A DNA stretch of 64,000 bases, taken from contig CAWIBO010000002.1 of the NCBI GenBank assembly GCA_963834385.1, positions 1,184,001 to 1,248,000 on the forward strand, given 5' to 3'. A program made the position numbers and the translations under genes. The stretch comes from an uncultured Verrucomicrobiae bacterium (GTDB lineage Bacteria > Verrucomicrobiota > Verrucomicrobiia > Chthoniobacterales > UBA10450). Positions 28,959-39,480 of the stretch are shown here, in pieces; position 1 is the stretch's first letter; each line of letters begins with the position of its first letter. A model generated the notes under the pieces. That model had not been told where the DNA came from. It saw only the letters and a program-made list of their open reading frames with translations, and did no database searches.

Positions 28959-29330
28959 ATGCCAGAGATCGAGGTCATCCTGAAACGGTTCGAGTCACCC
29001 GATGAAGTCCGGGTGATGACGAAAGGGCGTTTCGAGCTGGTGCACCTGGGCGGGGTGACCATTGGGCGGGCCACCTACGAGCCCGGCTGGAAATGGAGCG
29101 AACATGTCGGGCCTGGCCTGGGCGCGAGCCGATGCCACGTCCCGCACGTCGGGCTGGTCCTCTCCGGCACGGCCACGGCGGCCTTTGACGACGGGACCGT
29201 TTACGAATTGAAAGCCGGCGAGCTGTTTTACATCCCGCCCACGCCGCACGACAGCTGGGTGGTGGGCAACGAGCGGTATGTCTCGCTCCATTTCCTCGGC
29301 GCGGAAAAGTACGCCACCCCCAAGAAGTGA
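28959..29330 (+). CDS. Cupin domain protein
   Basis: EPGWKWSEHV, CHVPHVG, IPPTPHDSWVVG. Confidence 0.85.
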   Translation: MPEIEVILKRFESPDEVRVMTKGRFELVHLGGVTIGRATYEPGWKWSEHVGPGLGASRCHVPHVGLVLSGTATAAFDDGTVYELKAGELFYIPPTPHDSWVVGNERYVSLHFLGAEKYATPKK

Positions 29331-29351
29331 GGCCGCCGGGCCGGACGACGG

Positions 29352-30281
29352 TCAGGCCAGCCGGCGCAACGCGTTCATGTTCACCACGTCTTCCTTCAGC
29401 TCTTTTCCTTTCGGTGTCTCGAGCACCTTGGGCAGACGGGCCAGGCGGCGGTCCTGCATGATGAACCGGAAAGCCGGGAGCCCGATCCGGCCTTTCCCGA
29501 TATGCTCATGCCGATCGACGCGGGAACCTCGCTCCGTTTTGGAATCGTTCAGGTGCAGGGCGACAAGGCGGTCCAGGCCGATGACCCGGTCGAACTCGCG
29601 GAAGACTTTCCTGGTCGATTCCTCGGTCGCGAGGTCGTAGCCCGCGGCGAAGACGTGCGCGGTATCGAGGCAAACGCAGAGCCGTTCCGGTTCGCGGACA
29701 TTCTCGATGAGGTGCGCAATCTCCTCGAAGGTGCAGCCAAGGCAGGAGCCCTGGCCGGCGGTGGTCTCGAGGGCGATGCGCGTTTTCACCTTCGGCAGGA
29801 CGGCGTGAACCGCGTCGATCGACTGGACAATGCGCTCGAGCCCGGCCTCGATCCCGGCGCCGAGATGGGCGCCCGGGTGAAGGACAAGGAACGGCAGTTC
29901 GAGCTGGTCAGCCCGGGTCAGTTCCTCGGCGAGGGCGCGGAGCGAGTTGGCGTGGAACTGCGGGTTGGTCGCGGCCAGGTTGATGAGGTAGTTGGCGTGG
30001 GCAAATGCCGCAGTGATCTCGCGCCGTTGCGCGTGCTCGAGGAAGGCGCGGATCTCCTCCGGGGCAAGGGGCCGGGCGAACCACTGCATGTTGTTCTTCA
30101 CGAAGATCTGCATGGCGGTGCACTTGATGGAACAGGCGCGCTCGATGGCGCGGTGGGCGCCGCCCCCGATCGACATATGCGCGCCGAGAAGATGCGCAGT
30201 GCCCGTCTTGCGGGGTTCCGACCGGCCCGAGGCCTTTCGCGCGCCGCCCGCGGGGGCTTTGGCTTTTCTGGCCGCGGGCAT
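29352..30281 (-). CDS. nfo: Endonuclease IV
   Basis: LGAHMSIGGG, HANYLINL, HPG, LETTAGQG, CLDTAH, HLNDSK, DRHEHIG, LETP. Confidence 0.95.
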   Translation of the reverse strand: MPAARKAKAPAGGARKASGRSEPRKTGTAHLLGAHMSIGGGAHRAIERACSIKCTAMQIFVKNNMQWFARPLAPEEIRAFLEHAQRREITAAFAHANYLINLAATNPQFHANSLRALAEELTRADQLELPFLVLHPGAHLGAGIEAGLERIVQSIDAVHAVLPKVKTRIALETTAGQGSCLGCTFEEIAHLIENVREPERLCVCLDTAHVFAAGYDLATEESTRKVFREFDRVIGLDRLVALHLNDSKTERGSRVDRHEHIGKGRIGLPAFRFIMQDRRLARLPKVLETPKGKELKEDVVNMNALRRLA

Positions 30282-30283
30282 TG

Positions 30284-32677
30284 CTAGAAATTCTTGGCGT
30301 GCCACCGCGGGTTCGCCAGCGGACCTTCGCCTTTGTACTCGAAAAACTTGTAGACCGGGGTGAGCACGATTCCGAGCCCGCTGGCGTCGAGCCGCATGTC
30401 GAAATCGAGCCTGTCGTCCAGGAAATGGATGTCGCCGCGCCCGAGCATGCTGAAAAGCCGGCCGGCGATCTTGACGTTGTCGGTGTGGATGACGCCGTCC
30501 GCGAGGGTGAAACTGGCGGTGGCCTGGCGGGCAATGCTGTAGCCCGATCCCGGGATAATGGCGCTAAGAAGGCCGGAGAGCGGGCCGAAGATGGGGATGG
30601 CAAAGACATCGCCGTTCACCACCTTGATCTCGCCCTGGCCCCGCATCTGGCGGGCGTCATCGCCGAACCCGGAGAAGGCGTAGGTTCCGCTGAGAACGCC
30701 GCGGGAGGATTTGTAACCGAAATAAAGATCGGTTAGTCGCGGGAAATCGACCCCTTCGACCGCGACGGTGGCGGTATGGCGCGGGTCACCGCGCGCCAGC
30801 GAGATATCGGCGGTGCCGCGGACGTTTCCCCCGAAGAGCCGGCCGTTCACTTCCACCAACTGGAGACGGTCGTCGGTGAAGAGGAGCTGGCCGTTCACGC
30901 TCTCAAAGGGCAGGGAACGCTTGAGAAAGGTGTAATCCATCCCGCGGGGAGCGTTCACCGACAGCGCGAGGCGGGTGTTCTTGCCGCCGCGAAACTGGAC
31001 CACGCCATCGACGGTGACCCGGGGCGGCTGGCGGAACCGGTAGGGCTCGATGTCCGGGGCGATCTTCGGCTCGATCCAGTGGATCACTTCCGCCGGACGC
31101 AGGGTGGACTCGACGCCTGTGATCCGGACCTCGTGCCGGGCGAAGTCGTAGACGAAAGAGCCGGTACCGACGCCTTCATCGCGCGTGATCCGAAAATCAT
31201 CGTAGTGGACCGCGCCCTCCGCGAAGCGAACCTGCGCGGTGGCACTGTTCATCCAGTAACCGCGAAACTTTGTCCTGGGCAGCGCGAGCGTGCCTTCCCC
31301 GCGCCATGTCTCCGGGCGGCGGGAAGCGCCGCGGATCGCCATCTGCACCGCGGGCGGCCCGGTCCATTCCCATTCCTTCAGGAAATTTTGCAGACCGGGT
31401 GAGAGCAGGGGGAGGAGGGCCACCGGGGAGATGCCGCCGTCGAGGTCGAGCCGGAAATCGCCCGGCGCATCGAGCAGCTGGGCCCGGAGCGTGCCGGTGG
31501 GCTGTGTGATCTCGATGTCGCGCAGGAGGGTGCGGCGGCCGTCCCACGAAAAATCGGCGGAGAGCGCGGTGAACGGAACCGCCTCAAGGCTGAAATTGGT
31601 GACTTCGAGGCGTCCGACGAGGCTGCCGCTTTTCTCCGTGGCGGTGGAGAAGCTGCCCGCCAGCTCGAGGCGTTGTTCGCCGGTCACGGTGATTTTCTCG
31701 AGGTTTTCCCGGAAACCGGCCGCGACCAGCGCGCCGGCGAGATCGGCCGTGCTTCGCAATTGCAGACGGGCCCGCTCTTCCCGTGGACCCCAGGAACCGC
31801 TGGCCACGAGCTCACCGCGCGCATCCTTCCATTGCAGCGCGGAGATGGTGAGCCGCTGTTCGCTCCAGTCGGCCCGCGCCAGGAAATCGCGGAAGGCATA
31901 GCCACCGAAATCGGCCTGGTCGCAGGTGAGCGCGGCGGTGATGTGGGCCTTTTCCATGGCGGCGATGTCTCCGCGAAAAGCGACCTGGAGATGCGGCGCC
32001 GCCCCGGAGTAGCGGACCCGGCCGAGCTCCCGCGCGAGCCAGCGGGCCAGGGCCAGCCGCTGTTCCCATTCCGCCGGGTCCGCCTCGCGCGGCCGGTAAT
32101 CGTCGCGCTTGACCAGCTGGCCGGAAGCGGTGAGCCGGATGCCGGCAAGCCAGCCTTCCGCGTGGATGACGTCGATGCGCTCGGGCGGGAAATAAACGCG
32201 GGCGCTGAAGTGGCGAAGCTGCGCGGGGACCGCGTCGGCGGGGTCGTTCTCCGCGGGCGGCAGGGTCAACTCCGCGTCCTTGACCTCGAGGGCGTTCAGG
32301 AAAGGTTGGCCGTGCAAAAGCGCGGAATAATTCAGGTCGAGCGTGACCTCGCTGATGATGGCGATGGTGCTGGCGCGCCGGCGGTAATCGAAGATGCGAA
32401 CATCGCGCGCGACCAGGCCGCGGAACGGATCGAGGGTGAGCTTGCGGATGGAGGCCTCGACGCCCGCCTTGCGCAATTCCTCCACCACGAGGTGCCGGGT
32501 CTGGCGGCCAAACCCGCGTTTGCCGAGGTACCAGCCCCCAAATAAGAAAAGGGCGACCAGGGCGACGAGGACGAGGCGCAGGGAAAGAATCGCCACCCAG
32601 CGCGGGGTGGCGGGCAGGCGGGTGGTCCGCCAGAGGGAAGGCGGACGCTCGGGCAGGGGCGCGGAGGTGAAAGGCAT
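30284..32677 (-). CDS. AsmA-like (YhdP/TamB-type) envelope protein
   Basis: N-terminal TM anchor, long beta-rich body, AsmA-like C-terminus; start uncertain (32677 or 32746). Confidence 0.7.
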   Translation of the reverse strand: MPFTSAPLPERPPSLWRTTRLPATPRWVAILSLRLVLVALVALFLFGGWYLGKRGFGRQTRHLVVEELRKAGVEASIRKLTLDPFRGLVARDVRIFDYRRRASTIAIISEVTLDLNYSALLHGQPFLNALEVKDAELTLPPAENDPADAVPAQLRHFSARVYFPPERIDVIHAEGWLAGIRLTASGQLVKRDDYRPREADPAEWEQRLALARWLARELGRVRYSGAAPHLQVAFRGDIAAMEKAHITAALTCDQADFGGYAFRDFLARADWSEQRLTISALQWKDARGELVASGSWGPREERARLQLRSTADLAGALVAAGFRENLEKITVTGEQRLELAGSFSTATEKSGSLVGRLEVTNFSLEAVPFTALSADFSWDGRRTLLRDIEITQPTGTLRAQLLDAPGDFRLDLDGGISPVALLPLLSPGLQNFLKEWEWTGPPAVQMAIRGASRRPETWRGEGTLALPRTKFRGYWMNSATAQVRFAEGAVHYDDFRITRDEGVGTGSFVYDFARHEVRITGVESTLRPAEVIHWIEPKIAPDIEPYRFRQPPRVTVDGVVQFRGGKNTRLALSVNAPRGMDYTFLKRSLPFESVNGQLLFTDDRLQLVEVNGRLFGGNVRGTADISLARGDPRHTATVAVEGVDFPRLTDLYFGYKSSRGVLSGTYAFSGFGDDARQMRGQGEIKVVNGDVFAIPIFGPLSGLLSAIIPGSGYSIARQATASFTLADGVIHTDNVKIAGRLFSMLGRGDIHFLDDRLDFDMRLDASGLGIVLTPVYKFFEYKGEGPLANPRWHAKNF

Positions 32678-32775
32678 CTGGCGTCCTAGGCCCGGCGTTT
32701 CATGGCCGGGATGAGAGGAGAAGAACCGGCCGCGAGTTTGCCGCATGATTCGGCGATGCGGGGCGGACGTTCTCG

Positions 32776-32781
32776 TATAAT
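32776..32781 (+). promoter_or_regulatory. Perfect -10 box 9 nt before the DUF420 start (near-leaderless transcript candidate)
   Basis: TATAAT in a GC-rich background. Confidence 0.4.
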
Positions 32782-32790
32782 CTCCATGCG

Positions 32791-33240
32791 ATGACTGTTT
32801 CCGATCTGCCGGCCCTGAACGCAACGCTCAACGCCATTGCGACCGTATTTATCTCGGCTGGCTGGTACTGGATACGGCGGGGGTTCTGGCAGCGCCATAT
32901 TGTCTGCATGGTCGCCTCGATTGTCACCTCGGCGGCCTTTCTCGTCTCCTATCTTACCTACCATTACCTGCGGGGCGGCCAGTCGACCCGGTTCGCGGGG
33001 GAAGGACCCGTCGCGGTGGTTTATTATTTTATCCTCATCACCCATATCCTGCTCGCGTTCATCATCCTGCCGCTGGTGATCGCCACCCTGGTCCCGGTTT
33101 TCCGGCGGAGGTGGGACCGGCACCGGCGCCTGGGGAAATGGACCATGCCGGTCTGGCTCTATGTCTCGGTCACCGGGGTGATCGTCTATTTCATGCTTTA
33201 CCGCTGGTTTCCGCCGCCTGACCTTGCACCGGGCGGGTAG
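32791..33240 (+). CDS. DUF420 membrane protein
   Basis: LPALNATLN, FLVSYLTYH, ILITHILLA, HRRLGKWTMPVWLYVSVTGVIVY. Confidence 0.9.
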   Translation: MTVSDLPALNATLNAIATVFISAGWYWIRRGFWQRHIVCMVASIVTSAAFLVSYLTYHYLRGGQSTRFAGEGPVAVVYYFILITHILLAFIILPLVIATLVPVFRRRWDRHRRLGKWTMPVWLYVSVTGVIVYFMLYRWFPPPDLAPGG

Positions 33241-33281
33241 TTGATGTTTGCTGGCGGCGACGGAATTTCCGGGTTCAACCT

Positions 33282-33677
33282 ATGGTAACGATTGCGACGT
33301 TCGACGAACTGACGAAGGCAAAGCACCTGAAAGAGCGGTTGCAGGCGGCCGGGCTCACGGCCGATGTGCATAACGAGGGCCATCTCCAGCAGCTGGCTTT
33401 CATGTCGAAGCCGCATGCCAACGCCACGGTGGCGGTGGAGGAAAGAGACTTCGAGCGCGCGCATCAGCTTCTGCTCGAGTGGGAAAAGAGCGATCCCGAG
33501 ATGGTCTCCGCCATTCGCTGTCCGCAGTGCGGTTCGCCCCGGATCCAATATCCCCAGCTCTCCCGCAAGTTCATCGTGCCTGGTCTGGCGGCGCTCTTCC
33601 TGGCCCTGCGACTTTTCCAGAAGGAATTTTACTGCCAGGATTGCCATTACACCTGGCCCAAGGAAGGCGAAAGCTAG
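33282..33677 (+). CDS. DUF2007-like protein with CxxC zinc-ribbon motifs
   Basis: MVTIATF..A..L...L..AG; CPQCGS and CQDCHY flanking a TM segment. Confidence 0.65.
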   Translation: MVTIATFDELTKAKHLKERLQAAGLTADVHNEGHLQQLAFMSKPHANATVAVEERDFERAHQLLLEWEKSDPEMVSAIRCPQCGSPRIQYPQLSRKFIVPGLAALFLALRLFQKEFYCQDCHYTWPKEGES

Positions 33678-33749
33678 GAGGGGCCGGGGCGGCGCGTCCG
33701 CTGGCTCTCTTCCTTTCTTTCGCTACCTTAGTCACCCCCCTGTGCGGTC

Positions 33750-34589
33750 ATGATCAAGTGGCTTTTTGCTCTCTTCCTGGCGCTGCTCATCTTTGGCGGC
33801 GCCTGGTTTTTCGCCTACGAGGTGATCTTGAAACCCGAGATCGCCTTGCGCGAAGAACTCCGGGCTGACGCGCCGCCCCAACCCACGCCCGACATCGGTG
33901 GACCGGAGTTCGCCCGGGCCCTCGCCCTGAAGGAGGAGGGAAAGACCGAGGAGGCGCGCGCCGCCTTTGAAACCTTCCTGGAGAAATATTCCACGGTTCC
34001 GCGGGCGGAGGCGGCCCGCGATCAGCTCGGCGAATTGAACGTCAGCCTCCTCCTCTCGAAACAACCCTCGCCGGACAAGGAGGAGTACGTGGTGAAATCG
34101 GGCGACGTCATCGCCCGGATCGCGAACCGGAAAAAGACCACGCCGGAACTGATCATGCGGATCAACAACCTCACCGGCACCATGCTCCGGATCGACGACC
34201 GGCTCCTGATCGCCTCGCCGGAATTTTCGATCCAGATCGACAAGAGTGACGGGGCGCTGACCCTCTTGAACCGGGGAAAATTCTTCAAGCGTTACCGGAT
34301 TCTCGAGGTGAAAACCCCGCCCCGGCAGGCTTCCCGCGTGGAAAGCCGGGTGGCGGACGTGATTGCCTGGAAAGAGGGCAAACGGCTCGGGCTGGCTTCG
34401 CCTGATTACATGAAAAGCGCGCGCTGGATTCGCCTCCAGCCCATGCTTTATCTTTATGCCCTGCCCGAGCCCGGAGTCCCGGATGCCGGCGTGCCCGCGC
34501 CGGCCGTCGGTTTCGGGCTGGCCGGGTCCGACCTGATCGAGCTGAGTGCTCTTGTAAATAAAAGGACGGCTGTCACCATAACAGACTGA
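33750..34589 (+). CDS. Membrane-anchored LysM domain protein with TPR-like helix pair
   Basis: N-terminal TM; YVVKSGDVIARIA..TTPELIMRINNL LysM. Confidence 0.8.
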   Translation: MIKWLFALFLALLIFGGAWFFAYEVILKPEIALREELRADAPPQPTPDIGGPEFARALALKEEGKTEEARAAFETFLEKYSTVPRAEAARDQLGELNVSLLLSKQPSPDKEEYVVKSGDVIARIANRKKTTPELIMRINNLTGTMLRIDDRLLIASPEFSIQIDKSDGALTLLNRGKFFKRYRILEVKTPPRQASRVESRVADVIAWKEGKRLGLASPDYMKSARWIRLQPMLYLYALPEPGVPDAGVPAPAVGFGLAGSDLIELSALVNKRTAVTITD

Positions 34590-34591
34590 AA

Positions 34592-35587
34592 ATGGATCCT
34601 GTCGCCCCGCTTGATTTCGAAAAGCCGATCCTGGAGCTGCAACGGCGGCTGCGGGAGCTGAAGGACCATTCCGACGAGCAGGACCTCGATTTCGAGGCGG
34701 AAGTGGAATCGATCGAGAAAAAGATCCAGGAAACCCGGCGCCAGATTTACGACAACCTCACCGCCTGGCAGCGGGTCCAGATCGCCCGGCATGTGCAGCG
34801 GCCTTTCGCGCTCGATTATGTGGCGCGCTGTTTCACCGAGTGGGTGGAGCTGCACGGCGACCGTCTTTTTGGCGACGACAAGGCGATGCCCAGCGGGCTG
34901 GCCCGGCTCGGCCCGCACCGGTGCGTCGTCATCACCCACCAAAAAGGGCGCGACACGCGGGAGAACGTAAAACGCAATTTCGGCTGCGCTCATCCCGAGG
35001 GGTATCGGAAGGCGCTGCGCCTCATGAGAATGGGGGAAAAATTCAACATCCCGATCATTGCCCTGATCGACACGCCCGGGGCTTACCCCGGCATCGGCTC
35101 GGAGGAACGCCACATCGCCGAGGCCATCGCGGTCAACCTGCGCGAGATGATGACGCTGCGGGTCCCCGTGGTGGCCGCCGTCATCGGCGAAGGCGGCTCC
35201 GGCGGCGCCCTTGGGATCGGCGTGGCCGACCGCGTTCTCATCATGGAGAACGCCTATTATTCCGTGATCAGCCCCGAAGCCTGTTCCGCCATTCTCTGGA
35301 AGGACCGCAAGCATGCGCCGCAGGCGGCCGAGGCGCTGAAGCTGACCGCGCAGGACCTGGTGCGCCTCGGCGTGGTCGACGAAGTCGTGCCCGAGCCGGA
35401 AGGGGGCGCCCATCGCGACCATGATCTCGCGGCGGCCCAGCTCGGGACGGCGCTGCGCCAGAACCTCGAGAAACTGCTGGAGAAACCGGTCGAGCAGCTT
35501 CTGAAGCAGCGTTACAAAAAGTTTCGCGCCCTTGGTCGCTTCGAGGAAAACAGCACCGCGACCCGGTCCACTTCCGCGCGGGCCTAG
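34592..35587 (+). CDS. accA: Acetyl-CoA carboxylase carboxyltransferase alpha subunit
   Basis: LDFEKPI, ELHGDR, PEGYRKALR, DTPGAYPG, GEGGSGGAL, YSVISPE. Confidence 0.97.
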   Translation: MDPVAPLDFEKPILELQRRLRELKDHSDEQDLDFEAEVESIEKKIQETRRQIYDNLTAWQRVQIARHVQRPFALDYVARCFTEWVELHGDRLFGDDKAMPSGLARLGPHRCVVITHQKGRDTRENVKRNFGCAHPEGYRKALRLMRMGEKFNIPIIALIDTPGAYPGIGSEERHIAEAIAVNLREMMTLRVPVVAAVIGEGGSGGALGIGVADRVLIMENAYYSVISPEACSAILWKDRKHAPQAAEALKLTAQDLVRLGVVDEVVPEPEGGAHRDHDLAAAQLGTALRQNLEKLLEKPVEQLLKQRYKKFRALGRFEENSTATRSTSARA

Positions 35588-36429
35588 GCGGACGCCTGCG
35601 GAAGCGCAGCGGTTTTCTTTCGCGGCACCGGCGGGGGCGGCGGCGGAAAGAGATAGCGCAGCACAGCCTCGAAACGGTGTCCCCAGGCCGACTCATCGTG
35701 GCCGGCCCCCTCGAACTCGCTGTAATGCAGATCGTCATCCAGCCGCCAGCCGGCTCCAGTGAGAGCGTCGCGCAGTTCCCGCGCCTTTTCCCAGCCAGGC
35801 TCGGCCGTGCCCGTGTCCAGCCAGATCCGCAGCGGCAGCTTCGCCTCGAGCGAGCTGACCATCCCGAGGATCACCTTGTTATCCCACCAGACCGAGGGTG
35901 AGATCACCGCCAGCCGGCCAAAAATGTGAGGGAACCAAAGGCCAAGGCAGATGGTGACGAGCCCGCCGAGGGAGGAACCGCCCAGGCCGGTGGCCTCCGG
36001 CTCGGACCGGGTCCGATAGGTGCGATCGATGAACGGCTTCACTTCCTCGACGAGGAAACGGCCGTAGTCACGGGCCTGGCCGCGGCTGGTGTCCGGATGG
36101 TTCGGCTCCACCGGCGCGGCCGTGGGGGTGTATTCGTGGATCCGGTTCTCCCCGGTGTTCTCGACCGCCACGATGATCAGCGGCTCAATCAAGCGGGTGC
36201 CGATGAGGCGCTGGGCGGTTTCGTCCGCGCCCCATTCCACGCCGGCGAACGCGGTCGCGGCATCGAAAAGGTTCTGGCCGTCATTGAGATAAAGGACGGG
36301 GTAACGCTTTGTTTTGCCCTGGCGATAACCGCGCGGGAGATAAACCAGGAGACGGCGCTCGTTCCCCAGGATCTCCGAGCGGAAACCGGGATGCTCATGA
36401 ATGTTGCCGGTAAGCGTGTGTTCAGCCAT
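35584..36429 (-). CDS. Putative esterase, alpha/beta hydrolase (IroE/Fes-like)
   Basis: VYLPRGY, YPVLYLNDGQN, GSSLGG, HDESAW. Confidence 0.88.
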   Translation of the reverse strand: MAEHTLTGNIHEHPGFRSEILGNERRLLVYLPRGYRQGKTKRYPVLYLNDGQNLFDAATAFAGVEWGADETAQRLIGTRLIEPLIIVAVENTGENRIHEYTPTAAPVEPNHPDTSRGQARDYGRFLVEEVKPFIDRTYRTRSEPEATGLGGSSLGGLVTICLGLWFPHIFGRLAVISPSVWWDNKVILGMVSSLEAKLPLRIWLDTGTAEPGWEKARELRDALTGAGWRLDDDLHYSEFEGAGHDESAWGHRFEAVLRYLFPPPPPPVPRKKTAALPQASA

Positions 36430-36524
36430 GCGGGAAAGGGAGATGCTTCGCCGAGGAAATCGCGCTTGTCCAACAAGGCGGCCGTGGTCATTTTGAAACG
36501 CGGCCGCACCGCCGGCCCGGACCA

Positions 36525-37235
36525 ATGACCGAACGCTATCTGCGCTGGTGGACGCCGCACCTGAGCCGCGATTTCGAGATGCTGGCCTTCGGCGATGGCG
36601 GTGGTTTGCCGCTGATTTTGTTTCCGACCTCGTTCGGCCGTTATTACCAGAACAAGGATTTTCATCTCACCGGCGCCTGCGCGTCGCTGGTGGAAAGCGG
36701 ACGGGTCACGATCTATTGCCCGGACTCAATTGATCTCGAAAGTTTTTACAACAAGGGGATTCACCCGGCCGACCGGATGCGGACGCACAACGCCTACGAG
36801 CGGGTCCTGGTGCATGATGTTTTCGACCTGGCCCGGCGCGAGTGCGGCACCCACCGCGTGGCCTTGTGCGGGGCCAGCCTGGGCGCCTATCACGCCGCCA
36901 ACATCGCCTTTCGCCACCCTGACGCCGTCAGCCACCTGATCACCCTGAGCGGGGCCTTTGAGATCTCCTCGTTTTTCGACGGCTACCACGACGAGAACAT
37001 TTATTTCAACAGCCCCTACGAGTATCTGCCGAACATGCCGGACCCGTGGAAATTCAACCACCTCGGGATCATCCTGGGCACGGGGGAATGGGATAACACC
37101 CGGCAGGAATCGATCCGGCTGGCGGAGGTTTTAAGCGCCAAAGGCATCCAACACTGGCTCGACGACCGGAAATGGTGCGGCCACGACTGGACTTACTGGC
37201 GGGACATGCTGCCTTATTACCTCGGCAGCATCTGA
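36525..37235 (+). CDS. Esterase family alpha/beta hydrolase
   Basis: FPTSFGR, GASLG nucleophile elbow, GHDWTYW. Confidence 0.85.
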   Translation: MTERYLRWWTPHLSRDFEMLAFGDGGGLPLILFPTSFGRYYQNKDFHLTGACASLVESGRVTIYCPDSIDLESFYNKGIHPADRMRTHNAYERVLVHDVFDLARRECGTHRVALCGASLGAYHAANIAFRHPDAVSHLITLSGAFEISSFFDGYHDENIYFNSPYEYLPNMPDPWKFNHLGIILGTGEWDNTRQESIRLAEVLSAKGIQHWLDDRKWCGHDWTYWRDMLPYYLGSI

Positions 37236-37266
37236 ACCCCGGCCACTGCTCTCACCCAATCTCACC

Positions 37267-38250
37267 ATGAAAAAAATCGGAATTCTCTTTGGACAGGAAG
37301 GAAGTTTCCCGCCGGCTTTCGTCGAGCGGGTGAATCAAAAAACGGGGGGCGAGGACATTCGGGCCGAGTTCGTCCGGATCGACAAGGTGATCCAGGGCGA
37401 GCCGTGCGGCTACGACGTCGTGATCGACCGGATTTCGCAGGATGTGCCGTTCTACCGGGGCTGGCTGAAGAACGAGGCCCTGACCGGCTGCGCCGTGGTG
37501 AACAACCCGTTCTGGTGGAGCGCGGACGAAAAATTCTTCAATAACGCGCTCGCCACCAGGATCGGCGTGGCGGTGCCGAAGACCGTCCTGCTTCCGTCGC
37601 ACGAGCTGCCGCCCGACACGAGCGACAACTCCTTTCGCAACCTGGCCTACCCGCTCGATTGGGACGCGATTTTCGACTACATCGGCTGGCCGGCCTTCTT
37701 CAAGCCGTTCGCGGGCGGTGGCTGGAAGAACGTCTATCGGCTGCACAATCCCGATGAGTTTTTCCGGGCCTACAACGAAACGGGCCAGCTCGTCATGATG
37801 CTGCAGGAGGAAGTGAAGTTCGACATGTACTTCCGCTGCTATTCCATCGACCAGCGCAAGGTGCGGGTCATGAACTACGAGCCGCGGCACCCGTATCATC
37901 TCCGCTACCAGACCGACTGGGAGGCGCCGAAGAACATCCTCGAACAGGTCGAATGGGGCGTCCTCCAGTTGAACCAGTATCTCGGTTACGACCTGAACAC
38001 GGTGGAGTTTGCCATCCGCGACGGCGTGCCCCTGGCGATCGATTTCTGCAACCCGGCCCCGGATGCCGAGGTTTCGTCGGTCGGACAGGCGAATTTCGAC
38101 TGGGTGGTCGACGCGGTCTCCGACATGGCCATCCGCAAGGCGCGGGAACACGTCCCGGGGCGCGACAACCTGAGCTGGGGCAAATTCATCCAGGCGGCCG
38201 CCACCGGGCGTTCGCTCGCCGAGGTGGGCCAGACCGTGCGCGCCGAATAG
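37267..38250 (+). CDS. ATP-grasp domain protein (RimK/glutathione synthetase-like)
   Basis: DRISQ, VNNPF, VPKT, FFKPFAGGGWKNV, LQE, EFA..IDFCNPAPD. Confidence 0.85.
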   Translation: MKKIGILFGQEGSFPPAFVERVNQKTGGEDIRAEFVRIDKVIQGEPCGYDVVIDRISQDVPFYRGWLKNEALTGCAVVNNPFWWSADEKFFNNALATRIGVAVPKTVLLPSHELPPDTSDNSFRNLAYPLDWDAIFDYIGWPAFFKPFAGGGWKNVYRLHNPDEFFRAYNETGQLVMMLQEEVKFDMYFRCYSIDQRKVRVMNYEPRHPYHLRYQTDWEAPKNILEQVEWGVLQLNQYLGYDLNTVEFAIRDGVPLAIDFCNPAPDAEVSSVGQANFDWVVDAVSDMAIRKAREHVPGRDNLSWGKFIQAAATGRSLAEVGQTVRAE

Positions 38251-38317
38251 AAACCCGCCGCGGCCCGGGATGACAGACCGGGCAGGACGGTTTAACATTT
38301 CCGGCGGCCGGCACAGC

Positions 38318-39464
38318 ATGAAAGACCACGTCTTCACCCTCGGCATTGAGGAGGAGTTCGCCATTGTCGATCCGGCGACCGGCCAGCTCCGTTCGCACAT
38401 CCAGGAGATTCTCGAGGACGGCAAAATCACTCTGAAGGAGAGGGTCAAGCCCGAGATGCACCAGTCGGTGGTGGAACTGGGCACGGAAATCTGCCGCGAC
38501 ATCTCGGACGCGCGCAACCATGTGGTCGACCTGCGCAGCCGCCTGGCCGCGCTGGCGGCGCGGAGCGGGCTCAAGATCGCCTCGGTCGGCACGCACCCGA
38601 TTTCCCACTGGCGGGACCAGTCGATCACCGAGGGCGAACGTTACAAGGAGATCGTGCGCGACATGCAGCTCCTGGCGCGCGCCAACCTCATCTTCGGCCT
38701 GCACGTGCACGTCGGCATCCCGGACCGCGAGACCGCCATCCAGGTGATGAACCAGGCGCGTTATTTCCTGCCGCATCTCTACGCGCTCTCGGTCAACTCG
38801 CCCTTCTGGGTCGGGCACGACACCGGCCTGAAAGGCTACCGCTTGAAGGTGTTCGAGCGGTTCCCCCGCACCGGCATCCCGGACGCCTTCGAGTCGCTGG
38901 CCGAGTACGAGGATTTCCTGCGGCTTGCTGGTGAAGACGAAGTGCATCGATAACGCCAAGAAGATCTGGTGGGACATCCGCCTGCATCCCTTCTTCGACA
39001 CCCTGGAGGTGCGGGTGTGCGATGCGCAAACGCGGGTGGACGACACCCTGGCCATTGCCGCGCTGGTGCAGGCGATCATTACCAAGCTTTTCAAGCTGCA
39101 GCAGCGGAACCTCAGTTTCCGCATCTATCGCCGGCGCGTCCTCGATGAGAACCGGTGGCGGGCGGCGCGCTACGGCATTGACGGCAAACTGATCGACTTT
39201 GGGCGGGAAACCGAGGTGGAAACGCGCAGCCTCATCACCGAGCTCCTCGAGTTTGTGGCGGCCGAGACGGAGGAACTGGGGAGCAAACGCGAGATGGAGC
39301 ATGTCGAACGGATCCTGCGGGAGGGCACCGGGGCCGACCGGCAACTGGCGGTGTTCGAGCGCACCGGCGACATGCAGGAGGTGGTTCGGCAGATCGTCTC
39401 CGAGACGTATGAAGGGCTCGACCGGAGCGCGCCCCCGTTGGTGACCGCGCCGGCCGGCGCCTGA
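38318..39464 (+). CDS. Carboxylate-amine ligase, YbdK/GCS2 family (frameshift near 38920)
   Basis: TLGIEEEF, GTHP, FGLHVHVG, NSPFW; then WWDIRLHPFFDTLEVRVCD, ENRWRAARYG. Confidence 0.9.
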
Positions 39465-39480
39465 CCCCGCCCGGGCCGGC

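Noticed and set aside
38915..38930. Programmed ribosomal frameshifting at the split genes
   Set aside because: No slippery heptamer or stimulatory structure seen, and these families are normally single ORFs
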